From IMG/VR virus record IMGVR_UViG_3300045988_134091, positions 1 to 52,932 of that record: a stretch of DNA of 52,932 nucleotides; one strand, 5' to 3'. Below, one piece after another: positions 1 to 9,031 of this stretch. Both the position numbers and the translations under genes were made by a program. The notes under the pieces were generated by a model. The model made no database searches. It had not been told where the DNA came from and saw only the letters and a program-made list of their open reading frames with translations. The DNA comes from a virus. The stretch's first letter is position 1. Each line of letters starts with the position of its first letter.

Positions 1-55
1 AAGCACTCTTTTATGAGAAATATCCGCTCCCAGGGGTTCAAGGAATCAAGAGATG
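1..55. repeat. Terminal direct repeat, copy 1 (identical to 52878-52932); overlap of a circular or terminally redundant assembly
   Basis: Read directly: aagcactcttttatgagaaatatccgctcccaggggttcaaggaatcaagagatg is present at both window ends. Confidence 0.95.
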
Positions 56-105
56 GGAAGTCAAGGGAATACCTTTGGCTAGGAATTGGGCTGAAGAAGG
101 GGTGA
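1..105 (+). CDS. 3' end of the primase-helicase ORF that begins at 51054 (continues across the circular junction)
   Basis: Position 52878 equals position 1, so the frame of the 51054 ORF maps to frame 1 here. It reads KHSFMRNIRSQGFKESRDGKSREYLWLGIGLKKG and stops at TGA 103-105. Confidence 0.8.
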   Translation, partial: KHSFMRNIRSQGFKESRDGKSREYLWLGIGLKKG

Positions 106-353
106 TTGACTTGACTGTAAACTTGTCTGATGGGAGTTGGACACCCATACCCGGCTATGACGGAGCATACTTCATCAATCAAAAAGGGCTGGTATGCAAT
201 CTTGATGGGCATATTATCAAGCCAGCCCCTTCAAAGGCTGGTCTCAGAGTTGAGCTGAGAAGGAACGGCCAGCGCGAGAAAATTTTAGTGCTTGACTTAT
301 TGAGTCAAATCGGGTATAATACCCTTGGAGGTGGTATCGATGAGACAAGTTGA
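75..353 (+). CDS. NUMOD4-like motif protein (homing-endonuclease-associated DNA-binding module; no nuclease domain seen)
   Basis: WTPIPGYDGAYFINQKGLVCN...GLRVELRRNGQREKILVLDLL resembles NUMOD4. The likely true start is GTG 102, overlapping the primase stop (GTGA). Confidence 0.4.
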   Translation: MARNWAEEGVIDLTVNLSDGSWTPIPGYDGAYFINQKGLVCNLDGHIIKPAPSKAGLRVELRRNGQREKILVLDLLSQIGYNTLGGGIDETS

Positions 354-696
354 TGTATATCGGTTGGCCGTCAAACTTTTAAAAAAGATGGCCAAAGAAA
401 ACCCTGGCAAGAGTTTTACCAACTCAGCCGGGGAAACGGCTACAATTGAAGACATTGCTGATGCTTTGGATAAAATGTCCAAGTGGTTGTATAAAGATTT
501 CCATACTGAGGATATAGACAGAGTTGTCCGCTGCAAAAAATGCAAGTTCTATAAGAAGTACAAGAAGAAGGGCGCATTCAAAGCTCAAGCATTCCAAGCC
601 TGTAGCAAGGATATGAAGAGGCGTGACCCTATGTTTTTCTGTAAGGATGGTGACGAAAGACTTGAAGCAAAAAATTGGGACCCTGAAGCCGATTGA
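340..696 (+). CDS. Hypothetical Cys-pair (zinc-ribbon-like) protein
   Basis: ggagg lies upstream of ATG 340; CKKCKF...FCKDG motif; same strand as flanking genes. Confidence 0.5.
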   Translation: MRQVDVYRLAVKLLKKMAKENPGKSFTNSAGETATIEDIADALDKMSKWLYKDFHTEDIDRVVRCKKCKFYKKYKKKGAFKAQAFQACSKDMKRRDPMFFCKDGDERLEAKNWDPEAD

Positions 697-1036
697 TGAA
701 CCCGTAACGGACCTGGATGTGGCTTTTGTTGCAATTTACAATGTTCTGTATGAAAAGATTGAGCAAGAGCCCAATAAGGGGATTGTTGTATCTAAAGGAA
801 ACCCCAATCAACGCAAAGCAACCTGGAACGAGGTTATGTCCATAGCACACATGCTTGAAGATTTCTTCACTATGAGGGAACAGCGCACTGGGTGTAAAAT
901 CTGTGAAGAATGTGCCTATTGGAAGTCGATTTCTGTAGCCTCTCCTCATATCGGGGAGTGTACCAAATATGGGAAGCATTTGCACAAGTTCAACAGCTGT
1001 AAAAAGGGATTCAAGCCCAAGGAGGGAGAAAAATGA
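623..1036 (+). CDS. Hypothetical Cys-rich protein (start uncertain: ATG 647 or GTG 719)
   Basis: ORF track; CKICEECAYW...GEC...SCKKG motif; ends in an ATGA overlap with the next gene. Confidence 0.45.
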   Translation: MTLCFSVRMVTKDLKQKIGTLKPIDEPVTDLDVAFVAIYNVLYEKIEQEPNKGIVVSKGNPNQRKATWNEVMSIAHMLEDFFTMREQRTGCKICEECAYWKSISVASPHIGECTKYGKHLHKFNSCKKGFKPKEGEK

Positions 1037-1452
1037 ACCGTAGGGAACGCAGAAAACTGGAGCGCCAGGGGAAAATACCCAAGGCTGAGCCTGTCTATTT
1101 GATGAAGCCCTCAGACATTAAGGATGCGGCCCTGAAGGGGGCTGGTGAACAGGCTATGCTGAATGAGATTCATCAGCAGTGTTTGGCTGCAGACAAGTCA
1201 TTCACCCTTGATATGGATACCATATATCTCTGGACACTCCATAGCAAATATGGCTGGGGACTGAAACGCCTGAAACAGTTCTACAAGGAGGTGTTTGTTG
1301 AACACCGCCGTATGCGGGAGTTCTATGAGATGGATAGCACATATCCAGAGCGTTATCAACTGAAAAGCAAGGGCATAGACATTGAAGCTTGGTATAATGA
1401 GCTGTTTGATGAAGAAGGAAACTTCAAGAAGCCTGAGGAGATCAACATATGA
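1033..1452 (+). CDS. Hypothetical protein
   Basis: ORF track; RBS ggaggg upstream; start and stop both overlap the neighbouring genes. Confidence 0.55.
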   Translation: MNRRERRKLERQGKIPKAEPVYLMKPSDIKDAALKGAGEQAMLNEIHQQCLAADKSFTLDMDTIYLWTLHSKYGWGLKRLKQFYKEVFVEHRRMREFYEMDSTYPERYQLKSKGIDIEAWYNELFDEEGNFKKPEEINI

Positions 1453-3155
1453 GTTATGGTTTTGCCACAATTGATATTGAGACTACAGGTCTGAATCGGT
1501 ACAAGGATAAAATCACCTGGATTGGTGTTGGATTGGCAAAAGACATTGACAGTCCCATATCCAAGTTGTTGATATACGATGCATCCAATGGGGATGACCT
1601 GAGAAAATTCAGGAATGTGGTTAAACACATCAAGAAGGAGAAAGCCCAGACAGTGTTCCAAAATGGCAAGTTTGATACCCTATTCATAGAACACCATCTT
1701 GGGCTGAGAATCCCTATTGACGAGGATGTAATGCTGATGGGCACGGCTTATGATTTGGTAGCAGAGCATGGTCTGAAAAAGATGGCTCAAGCCTATCTGG
1801 GAGTGCCTGATTGGGATATCAAGAAGAAGGACAAGCTGGGTGGAGAGAGGGACACAATTGTTCCATACCTGAGCTGCGATGTTCGGTACACTTGGGAATT
1901 GTATCAGTACTTCTATCAGAACATGAGTGAGCGATCTATGAAGATATATAGAGAGCTTCTGAGACCTGCTTACAGAGCATACCGGGACATTGAACGAAAT
2001 GGGTTGTACCTTGATCTGGATTCACTGGAGGAAGTCAGAAAGAAGTACAACAAGGAAGAAAAGAGGCTGCTCAAAGAACTGAAATCACACTACGACATCA
2101 ACTGGAATAGCTCTGCGCAAGTGGCCCATGCCTTCTTTGATTTGGAGGGTATGCCAGTCATTTACAAGACCGGGAAGGGTGCTCCATCCACCGCAGCGGA
2201 TGTGTTGAAGGAGCTTGCAATGAAGGGGTATGAGCTTCCAGACCTTCTGATGAAGTACAAGGATGCGGCCACACGAAACAAGATGTTTTTGAACAGATGG
2301 GCAGATGACTGCTATGAAAGCCGAATTCACCCCAACTTCAACCTTACAAATGTGGTGTCAGGACGTACATCTTGTAACAGTCCCAATCTTCAGCAAGTCC
2401 CCCGGACAAAGGACATCAGAGGCTTGTTCAGTGGTGCACCCGGTATGATTTTATTTGAGGCAGACTATTCTCAGCTGGAGTTGCGTATTGCGGCGCATTA
2501 TGCGAAGGATAAAACCATGCTGAATATCTATCTACATGATGGCGATATTCACACAGAGACCGCAAGGCTGTTCACAAATGGGAGAGAGCCCACCAAGGAG
2601 GAAAGAGGCAAGGCAAAAGCAGTCAACTTTGGATTTTTGTATGGTATGCAGGCAAAGAAGTTTGTCAAGTATGCCTTGGACAGCTATGGGCAAGTATTCA
2701 CGCTGGCTGAAGCAAAGCACATCCGTGACCTGTATTTTGCCAAGTATTCCAGACTGCTTCCCTGGCACAAGGAGCAAGAGGACTTGTGTGAAATGCAGGG
2801 TGGTGTATCCAATATGTTTGGACGGTTTCGCCGCCTCCCTCTCATATACTCCCCCAACAAATGGGAGAGAGCCAGTGCAGCACGCAGAGCTATCAATACC
2901 CCAGTTCAGGGTTCTGGTTCTGACCTTTTGATTTCTGCAGTAACTCAAATCAATAAGGAACTCAAAGGCATTGCTTGGATTGGAGCAACTGTTCATGACT
3001 CAATCATTGGTGAATGCAGGGTGGAAGACAAGGACTATGTTGATGAAACCATCAGACGGATTATGAAGCACCCAAAGGTGCTGGATGATTTTGGGGTTGA
3101 GCTTCTGGTTCCTTTGGATGTAGACATCGGATGGGGCCCATGGGGAACGCATTAA
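1449..3155 (+). CDS. Family A (Pol I-like) DNA polymerase with N-terminal 3'-5' exonuclease domain
   Basis: ATIDIETTGL (Exo I DxE), DYSQLELRIAAH (motif A), RGKAKAVNFGFLYGM (motif B), TVHDSII (motif C). Confidence 0.95.
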   Translation: MSYGFATIDIETTGLNRYKDKITWIGVGLAKDIDSPISKLLIYDASNGDDLRKFRNVVKHIKKEKAQTVFQNGKFDTLFIEHHLGLRIPIDEDVMLMGTAYDLVAEHGLKKMAQAYLGVPDWDIKKKDKLGGERDTIVPYLSCDVRYTWELYQYFYQNMSERSMKIYRELLRPAYRAYRDIERNGLYLDLDSLEEVRKKYNKEEKRLLKELKSHYDINWNSSAQVAHAFFDLEGMPVIYKTGKGAPSTAADVLKELAMKGYELPDLLMKYKDAATRNKMFLNRWADDCYESRIHPNFNLTNVVSGRTSCNSPNLQQVPRTKDIRGLFSGAPGMILFEADYSQLELRIAAHYAKDKTMLNIYLHDGDIHTETARLFTNGREPTKEERGKAKAVNFGFLYGMQAKKFVKYALDSYGQVFTLAEAKHIRDLYFAKYSRLLPWHKEQEDLCEMQGGVSNMFGRFRRLPLIYSPNKWERASAARRAINTPVQGSGSDLLISAVTQINKELKGIAWIGATVHDSIIGECRVEDKDYVDETIRRIMKHPKVLDDFGVELLVPLDVDIGWGPWGTH

Positions 3156-3255
3156 AATTTGTGAAAATTCACGATATGGTGAGCAATCAGAAGAAAAAGT
3201 GAGTTATTGGGGCATAATTGAGCAAAACCTTGTGAAAATAGTTTAAAATTACCCC

Positions 3256-3284
3256 TTTACTTTTGATTGAAGATAGGGTATGAT
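3256..3284 (+). promoter_or_regulatory. Class B promoter B1 (CTTTACTTTT type)
   Basis: TTTACT 3256-61, 17 nt, TATGAT 3279-84, then ACCAATGTAAGCAGGAGG. Confidence 0.55.
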
Positions 3285-3350
3285 ACCAATGTAAGCAGGA
3301 GGGAACGCCAGAAGCCCTCCCACAATAAAAATTTTAAGGAGTGTATTACA

Positions 3351-3899
3351 ATGCTGGAAATGAACAAGGGTGATAAGGTTATTCTAAAGGGTTTCACGGG
3401 TATCAAGCTGGGTGTGTTCCCGGTTGCGAGCACCACCAAAAAGACCATCACTGTGCTGAAAAAGAATGGTGATGAGATGGTGTTCGACCGCAAGACCGGT
3501 AAGCAGGTCAATGTTGAGGAGGGCAAGGAGAAGTATGCCAACAGCATCATCCCTGATGATGGCAGCTTTGTTGCTCCTTCCACGGCTGGTGCCAAGCGCA
3601 AGTCCACCAAGAAGGCAGCCAAGGTCAAGACCAAGGTTGAGGATGAGGCTGACGAGGACGATGAGGAGGACGATGAGGACAAGGCCCCCAAGAAGTCCAA
3701 GAAGGCAGCCAAGAAGCCTGCAAAGAAGTCTGCCCCCGTTGAGGATGACGAGGACGAGTATGAAGACGATGACGAGGACGATGAGCCCGTCCCTGTCAAG
3801 AAGTCCGTAAAGAAGGGCAAGAAAGCTGCCAAGAAGGGCAAGAAAGCAGCTGCGGATGACGACGAGGACGACGATGAGTTTGAGGAAGTTGATGACTGA
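3351..3899 (+). CDS. Early protein: N-terminal FTG domain (paralogs at 45214 and 45734) plus Lys-rich/acidic block tail
   Basis: RBS aaggag upstream of ATG 3351; KGFTGIKLGVF...FDRKTGKQVN...KYANSI motif; tail made of KKAAKK and DEDDE blocks. Confidence 0.7.
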   Translation: MLEMNKGDKVILKGFTGIKLGVFPVASTTKKTITVLKKNGDEMVFDRKTGKQVNVEEGKEKYANSIIPDDGSFVAPSTAGAKRKSTKKAAKVKTKVEDEADEDDEEDDEDKAPKKSKKAAKKPAKKSAPVEDDEDEYEDDDEDDEPVPVKKSVKKGKKAAKKGKKAAADDDEDDDEFEEVDD

Positions 3900-4168
3900 T
3901 TGTCATACCCTCTAAACTGAATACGGGTGGGGCAACAGCCCCTCCCTTAATGCGGCTGACTGAGGAGCCTCCCAGCTGAAGTCAACGGTGACAAGCCCGT
4001 GTAAACTGCAGAGTCAAGGGACTGTATACCCGGCTCTTGTTTAGGCGCCAGCGAAGAGCAAAGGAAAAGAGTACAGAAGGAAGGAGTTCCCTTGGAGTGC
4101 TCCAAGGTAGAGAAGCTACTACAGCCAGGTGCTAAACCAGTCCTGGCATTAAGTTACAATAAACGGGG

Positions 4169-5134
4169 GTGAGTGAGATACACATCAGCTACTCCAGGGA
4201 AAGCTCCTATTTGCGTTGCCCGTATCAGCATTGGCTAAGGTATGTACGAAGATTGGAGAAGAAGAAGCCTGAACGCCCATTGTATTTTGGAACAGACTTT
4301 CATAAGCTCCTTGAGCTCCGTAATGACCCTGAAGCCCTGAGAGATGCAAAGGAAACCATCAGAGACACCTACTATGAAATGCCGGCATCTTGGCAGGGAG
4401 AGCTGGGTGAGAATTACCTTGATGACCTGTTTAACATTTTCAAGGACTACAGACGGGTGTACAAAGGAGTGAGGCAACCCCAAGTAACAGAGCATGAGTT
4501 TGAGCTTGATGTTGGTGATTGTAAGGGTGAGCCCATAATCTTTGTAGGGAAGATTGATGAGCTGTATTTGCTGAAGCACAGTGGTGTAAAGTCCATAACG
4601 GTTGGTGAACATAAAACTTTCTCCAATAAGCCTAATATGGACATCTTGGTTATGAACACACAAAAGTGCTTGTATGCGAAAGCAGTCCAATTTTTAAGAG
4701 GTATTTTACCCGACAAGGTAAAATGGGATTACATTCGTTCAACACCTGCGGCTGAGCCGATTTGGCTTGAGAAGTCAAAGAGATTCAGTGAGGCAGCATC
4801 AACCAAGATTACACCCATGAGCTGGAAAAGGGCCTGCAAAGCACGCGGGATAATTGACCCAGAGGTTATCCAGAAGGGACAAAAGTACAAGTCCAATATC
4901 CCTGAGTTTTTCTTCCAAGTTGAGCTGGATATTGACCCGGCTATGGTAGATGTGATTTGGGACGGTTTCTTGTACACGGCAAAGCAGATTATCCGGTTTG
5001 GAGACAAGAACAAAACCCGGAATGTAACACGGGACTGTTCCTGGTGTCCGTACCATGATATTTGCTATACAGAAATGACTGGAGGAGATGTACAATATGT
5101 CATCGGTAGAGACTTCAAAGAAAGAGAACACTGA
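4169..5134 (+). CDS. PD-(D/E)XK nuclease, Cas4/RecB-like, with 4-Cys cluster
   Basis: N-terminal YLRCPYQHW Cys; GKIDELYLL...VGEHKT (D...ExK); C-terminal CSWCPYHDIC; GTG start after gggg. Confidence 0.8.
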   Translation: MSEIHISYSRESSYLRCPYQHWLRYVRRLEKKKPERPLYFGTDFHKLLELRNDPEALRDAKETIRDTYYEMPASWQGELGENYLDDLFNIFKDYRRVYKGVRQPQVTEHEFELDVGDCKGEPIIFVGKIDELYLLKHSGVKSITVGEHKTFSNKPNMDILVMNTQKCLYAKAVQFLRGILPDKVKWDYIRSTPAAEPIWLEKSKRFSEAASTKITPMSWKRACKARGIIDPEVIQKGQKYKSNIPEFFFQVELDIDPAMVDVIWDGFLYTAKQIIRFGDKNKTRNVTRDCSWCPYHDICYTEMTGGDVQYVIGRDFKEREH

Positions 5135-5474
5135 GGAGAAAGCTCTGCTGCCCCTCAGGGTCATAATTGAAGACCCAAACACAGGGGATAAATTTGTGAC
5201 TCATCCCAACTTGTTTGTTGGGGTCTATACCCGTAAAACAGAGGACATGCCTGAAGGAACGGTTGGTATTGGTCAGGTTCTGAAAGGTCACGCCAATACT
5301 CTTGAACAGATTTCTGTGGCAAAGGCACTGCAGGAAAAAGTTATCCCCATGCTTCTGGACCAGATTGAGTCCAAATTGACTGGGGAAGGAGGAGAGGATG
5401 CCAGAAACTATACCGACAAGTTGAGCGTACTTCTTTCCACTCTCCTGCTGGGTTCTCTGTTTTCAGACGATTAA
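5097..5474 (+). CDS. Hypothetical protein
   Basis: ggaggag lies upstream of ATG 5097, within track ORF 5088-5474. Confidence 0.5.
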   Translation: MSSVETSKKENTEEKALLPLRVIIEDPNTGDKFVTHPNLFVGVYTRKTEDMPEGTVGIGQVLKGHANTLEQISVAKALQEKVIPMLLDQIESKLTGEGGEDARNYTDKLSVLLSTLLLGSLFSDD

Positions 5475-5489
5475 ACAAGGAGGATTCCA

Positions 5490-6221
5490 ATGGCCCTGTT
5501 AGACTCAGCAGTTGACATCCAAGAATTGGGTCAACGCAACCTTTGGGTGCTGTATGGGAAGTCAAACAGTGGAAAAACATATGTTGCTTCCACTTTCCCC
5601 AAGCCCCTTCTGTACCTTCGGATTGGTGATGATGGTTCCAATACCATTGCTCATGTAGGCAGTATCAGAGCAATACCTATTTCCACGGTCAAAGAGCTCA
5701 AAGACATAGCAAAGGAGCTGCTCAAAGACAAGAAGTATGTGACTGTTGTGGCTGACACATTCTCTCTTATTGTCAATGAGTGGACAGACCAGAATGTAAT
5801 TAGCAAGAACAAAAAGATGACACAGCAGCTTTGGGGTGAGCTCAAGACCGAAACCGAAGAGGTTATCAAGGCCATGCATAAAGTTGCGAAGAACCATATT
5901 GTTGTTCTGACCTGTCATGAGAGTACAGACGCAATCGAAGGGATGGAAGATGAGATTGCCCCGGACATCCGCCCCTCTGTGTCAAAGGGTGCCCGCACAT
6001 ATTTGGAAGGTATGGCCAATTATGGTATTCATACCACCAAAATTATAAAAGAAATTACAAAGGGGAACAGCACCAAAGAAGTGGTGAAGTATGCGGCTGA
6101 CATTGGCCCCAACCCCTATTACTGGACCAAGCTCCAGATTGACCCATCAATCAAAGTCCCCAAACGCATCATCAATCCGACCTATGACAAGTTCATGGAG
6201 ATTATTGGTGCGGTGGAATAA
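5490..6221 (+). CDS. AAA_24 / Sak4-like RecA-fold ATPase
   Basis: Walker A LYGKSNSGKT; hydrophobic strand plus D (VTVVADTF); usual position next to a DUF669-type gene. Confidence 0.75.
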   Translation: MALLDSAVDIQELGQRNLWVLYGKSNSGKTYVASTFPKPLLYLRIGDDGSNTIAHVGSIRAIPISTVKELKDIAKELLKDKKYVTVVADTFSLIVNEWTDQNVISKNKKMTQQLWGELKTETEEVIKAMHKVAKNHIVVLTCHESTDAIEGMEDEIAPDIRPSVSKGARTYLEGMANYGIHTTKIIKEITKGNSTKEVVKYAADIGPNPYYWTKLQIDPSIKVPKRIINPTYDKFMEIIGAVE

Positions 6222-6248
6222 TTTAACAACTACAGGAGGAACCAAGCA

Positions 6249-6932
6249 ATGAGCAGAAAAGTCAAAGTCAACATGGAAGGTGTTGAGAGTTTCACCCGCT
6301 GCCCCGAAGGAGAGTGGCTGGCCCGTCTGAAGAAAGCTGAGATGGGTGAAGTGCAGGGTAGTGGTGATGACTGCATCAAGGCACAGTTTGAGGTCATCAA
6401 AGGCAGCGCCAAAGGAAATACTGTTTTTGAGACCTTCTCCCTGACCGAAAAGGCCCTGTGGAAGCTGAAAAGTTTCCTGGATGCAGTTGGCATGAAGTCC
6501 AATGGCAAGTTGACCCTGGACCTGGACAAGATGGAAGGCAAGGTGTGTATCATCGATGTCATCCATGATGAGTACAATGGCCAGAAGCGGGCCAAGATTT
6601 CTTCTTACATCAAGCCCGGTGAGGACGAAGATGATGAGGATGAGGACGACGATGACGAAGATGACGACATCGATGAGGACGATGAGGAGGAAGAAGCCCC
6701 CAAGAAGAAGGGCAAAAAGGCTGCTTCCAAGTCTGCTCCTGCCAAGAAGTCCAAGAAGCGTCCTGAGCCGGAAGATGAGGATGAAGACGAAGATGAGGAG
6801 GAAGATGAACCTGCTCCTGCCAAGTCTAAGAAGGGCAAGAAAGCTGCCCCTGCCAAGTCCAAGAAGAAAGCCAAGGATGAGGACGATGACGAAGACGATG
6901 AGGACGATGATTGGGAAGAGGACGATGACTGA
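6249..6932 (+). CDS. DUF669-like protein (putative ssDNA-binding) with long Lys-rich/acidic block tail ending DDDWEEDDD
   Basis: N-terminal PEGEWLARLKKAE...KAQFEVIKGSAKGNTVFETFSL pattern typical of DUF669; aromatic-acidic C-terminal tip as in SSB tails. Confidence 0.6.
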   Translation: MSRKVKVNMEGVESFTRCPEGEWLARLKKAEMGEVQGSGDDCIKAQFEVIKGSAKGNTVFETFSLTEKALWKLKSFLDAVGMKSNGKLTLDLDKMEGKVCIIDVIHDEYNGQKRAKISSYIKPGEDEDDEDEDDDDEDDDIDEDDEEEEAPKKKGKKAASKSAPAKKSKKRPEPEDEDEDEDEEEDEPAPAKSKKGKKAAPAKSKKKAKDEDDDEDDEDDDWEEDDD

Positions 6933-6982
6933 AATGCTATCGACTGGCCCCCATCCGATTTACCATTTTAACTGACAGGCAC

Positions 6983-7010
6983 GAGGGGGCCTCAGCCCCC
7001 TCTCCTGATT
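6983..7010 (+). terminator. Intra-operon hairpin (attenuator/terminator-like)
   Basis: gagggggc-ctca-gccccctc followed by tcctgatttt. Confidence 0.5.
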
Positions 7011-7022
7011 TTGGAGGTTTAC

Positions 7023-8018
7023 ATGGATTTGTATCATATACCGGGTGATACAGGCGGGGACTGGAGACTGGGAAAGTTTGTTGAGTATCAACATGAAGTC
7101 CCAAGCATCCATTACCGGGTTATGGGGCACTACATTGTTGACTGGGTACCAGATCGTGATGATGCTGTCATGATGTGTTGGTATATGTCGGCTACATACA
7201 ATGAAATAACCTGTATGCTGCTACAGGAACTGTTTGATTGGAGAAGCCTGACCCCAAAAACAGTGAAGGACTATTGCCAGAGATTTTGGCAGGAAACTAA
7301 ACCTGTACTTGACTTTGGGTCATCCCGAAGGTATGCCAAGAATATGGATTGGTTTCCAACCTTGATGGAGGCTTTTATCAGAACCACACACCGTAAACCC
7401 TACTCTTGGCTGCGAGGCTTAATTCAGGGTGATCCTGTGGAAGATTACAGACGGGTATTCAGTGCAGTTTCTGCCCTCCCCTACACAGGTAGGTTTGCAG
7501 CAGACCTGTTTATGGAGTCAGTCCTGTATTTGGGTGAGTATCTGGGCATAGAACTGACTGAGCCCTCCCTGTTAAACTGGAAAAAGTGCAGCAATCTCAC
7601 TTCCGGGTTGTTGAATATCTTCTATCGTGATGAGGAAGCAAATGAGTATGACAAGACTGGGAAACTCCCTGTGTCAGAAAAGTTCCTGACCAAGAAACTT
7701 GAAACTGTTCAGAGAAAGATTGAAAAGGTTTACCCTGAACAAGACAATGACATCAACCTATTCATTGGGAAAATCTGTAGCTTCAGAAACTTATTCAAAG
7801 CAACCCGTTATGGTGGATTTCATCATGACAGAGAGCTGGGTGTGCTGAGAGAGTACGAGCATGTATTGCCTGACTTTCAATACATTTGGGATAGGGCTTT
7901 TGACCTCAGAGAACAGATGTTTGATAAGCGGTTTCTTGGAGAGTTCCATGACTGGGATGGAATACGCCCAGAAAGAAAAAAGCTATGGCTGAGAGAGGGG
8001 TTGACTGGGGTTGAGTAG
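7023..8018 (+). CDS. Divergent paralog of the 47915 DNA base hypermodification protein (aGPT-Pplase / 5-hmdU-DNA-kinase helical-domain-like)
   Basis: Same length class as 47915-48922; shared GRFAADLF/GKFLSYQIF and CSFRNLFK/CFCELSKY motif positions; stop overlaps the start of the P-loop kinase; RBS tggagg upstream of ATG 7023. Confidence 0.4.
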   Translation: MDLYHIPGDTGGDWRLGKFVEYQHEVPSIHYRVMGHYIVDWVPDRDDAVMMCWYMSATYNEITCMLLQELFDWRSLTPKTVKDYCQRFWQETKPVLDFGSSRRYAKNMDWFPTLMEAFIRTTHRKPYSWLRGLIQGDPVEDYRRVFSAVSALPYTGRFAADLFMESVLYLGEYLGIELTEPSLLNWKKCSNLTSGLLNIFYRDEEANEYDKTGKLPVSEKFLTKKLETVQRKIEKVYPEQDNDINLFIGKICSFRNLFKATRYGGFHHDRELGVLREYEHVLPDFQYIWDRAFDLREQMFDKRFLGEFHDWDGIRPERKKLWLREGLTGVE

Positions 8019-8613
8019 AGTGCTGGTCAATGTACGGGGTTGTAACGGGGCTGGGAAGTCTACCATTCCCATGTCCATGATGGATGACCCTGAAATGTAT
8101 GTACACGAGATTATGGGGAGTGACGGGAAGAAAATAAGTGCCATCACCGTCTTTCCCTCCTATGGCTGGGTTGCCTTGGGAACATACTTCAACAAAACAG
8201 GTGGCCTGGATACCCTGAAGAACAATGCAGTTACCAAGCTGACTTTGTTCGCTGCCCTTGATGGGTTTCCTGAGTATGATGTGCTCCTGGAGGGCATTAT
8301 GGCAAGCACTATTCGCTCAACTTACATTGACTTGTTCCATGAAGTTGAGGACTACTACGGGAAGAAGCAGCTGAAGGTCATCGTGGTGTCCCTTCTCCCA
8401 CCCGTAGATGTGGCACTGAGCCGTGTTTATAAGCGCAATGGGGGTAAACCCATCAATGAAGCTGCGGTGGCAGGGAAGTGGAAGACTGTGGCAAGAAATG
8501 TGGCTGAATTTGCTGATGCTGGGTTCACCTCTATCAAAGTTAATTCCGCCAAGGTTAAAAAGAAGAACATGTTGCCGGCTTTTCTCAAGACCGTGAACAA
8601 ATACAGGGGGTAA
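8011..8613 (+). CDS. P-loop kinase, candidate 5-hydroxymethylpyrimidine DNA kinase (5-HMUDK-like)
   Basis: Walker A GCNGAGKST near the N-terminus; about 200 aa; translationally coupled to the upstream hypermodification-like gene. Confidence 0.5.
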   Translation: MSRVLVNVRGCNGAGKSTIPMSMMDDPEMYVHEIMGSDGKKISAITVFPSYGWVALGTYFNKTGGLDTLKNNAVTKLTLFAALDGFPEYDVLLEGIMASTIRSTYIDLFHEVEDYYGKKQLKVIVVSLLPPVDVALSRVYKRNGGKPINEAAVAGKWKTVARNVAEFADAGFTSIKVNSAKVKKKNMLPAFLKTVNKYRG

Positions 8614-8618
8614 CAAGA

Positions 8619-8906
8619 ATGGACAAAGTTCAGATTCATAAGCAGCTGTGTGACAGCATGCATGCTTTGTATGAGAGAAAAAACGCTGACTATGGTGACT
8701 CCTTCGCTCAGCTCAGAAAGAGATACCCCAATTTTGTATGTATGAGGTTGTTTGACAAGCTCAACCGTTTAGATACCATCATTCAGCCTGGGTATGAATG
8801 CAAGGTGTCTGACGAGAAGATTGAGGACACCCTGATGGACATAGCAAATTATGCCGTCATGGAGCTGACTGAGCGGAGAGCAGAAGGAGGATTCAATGAA
8901 GATTGA
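8619..8906 (+). CDS. DUF1599 / MazG-like all-alpha NTP pyrophosphohydrolase-fold protein
   Basis: KNADYGDSF...RLFDKLNRL...EDTLMDIANYAVM signature. Confidence 0.55.
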   Translation: MDKVQIHKQLCDSMHALYERKNADYGDSFAQLRKRYPNFVCMRLFDKLNRLDTIIQPGYECKVSDEKIEDTLMDIANYAVMELTERRAEGGFNED

Positions 8907-9030
8907 TACCAATTGGCTGGATGAGGCTGTGGCCATTATTTCCAAGGGTACAGCTGACAGGCTCACAAAAGGAAACATTACTGTATACCGGGTGACGAAC
9001 ATCATCCGGATTGATATCAAGGAGGTTTAA
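8896..9030 (+). CDS. Small hypothetical protein (44 aa, below the ORF-track cutoff)
   Basis: gaaggagg lies 5 nt upstream of ATG 8896; the stop lies immediately upstream of the RBS-preceded ATG 9032. Confidence 0.4.
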   Translation: MKIDTNWLDEAVAIISKGTADRLTKGNITVYRVTNIIRIDIKEV

Positions 9031-9031
9031 C

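Noticed and set aside
2247-2275. CUGAUGA...GAAAC string inside the DNA polymerase gene that superficially resembles a hammerhead core
   Set aside because: The intervening sequence (AGUACAAGGAUGCGGCCACAC) cannot form stem II. There is no stem III or GUC, and no complementary stem I. It lies in a conserved coding region. Similar partial hits at 13967, 8816 and 10686 were rejected for the same reason.
3960-3966. CUGAGGA (matches CUGANGA) in the 3900-4168 non-coding gap as a possible fourth hammerhead
   Set aside because: No GAAA follows a plausible stem II (the nearest is GAAG), and no stem I partner exists for the upstream sequence. The region is kept only as an unclassified structured-RNA candidate.
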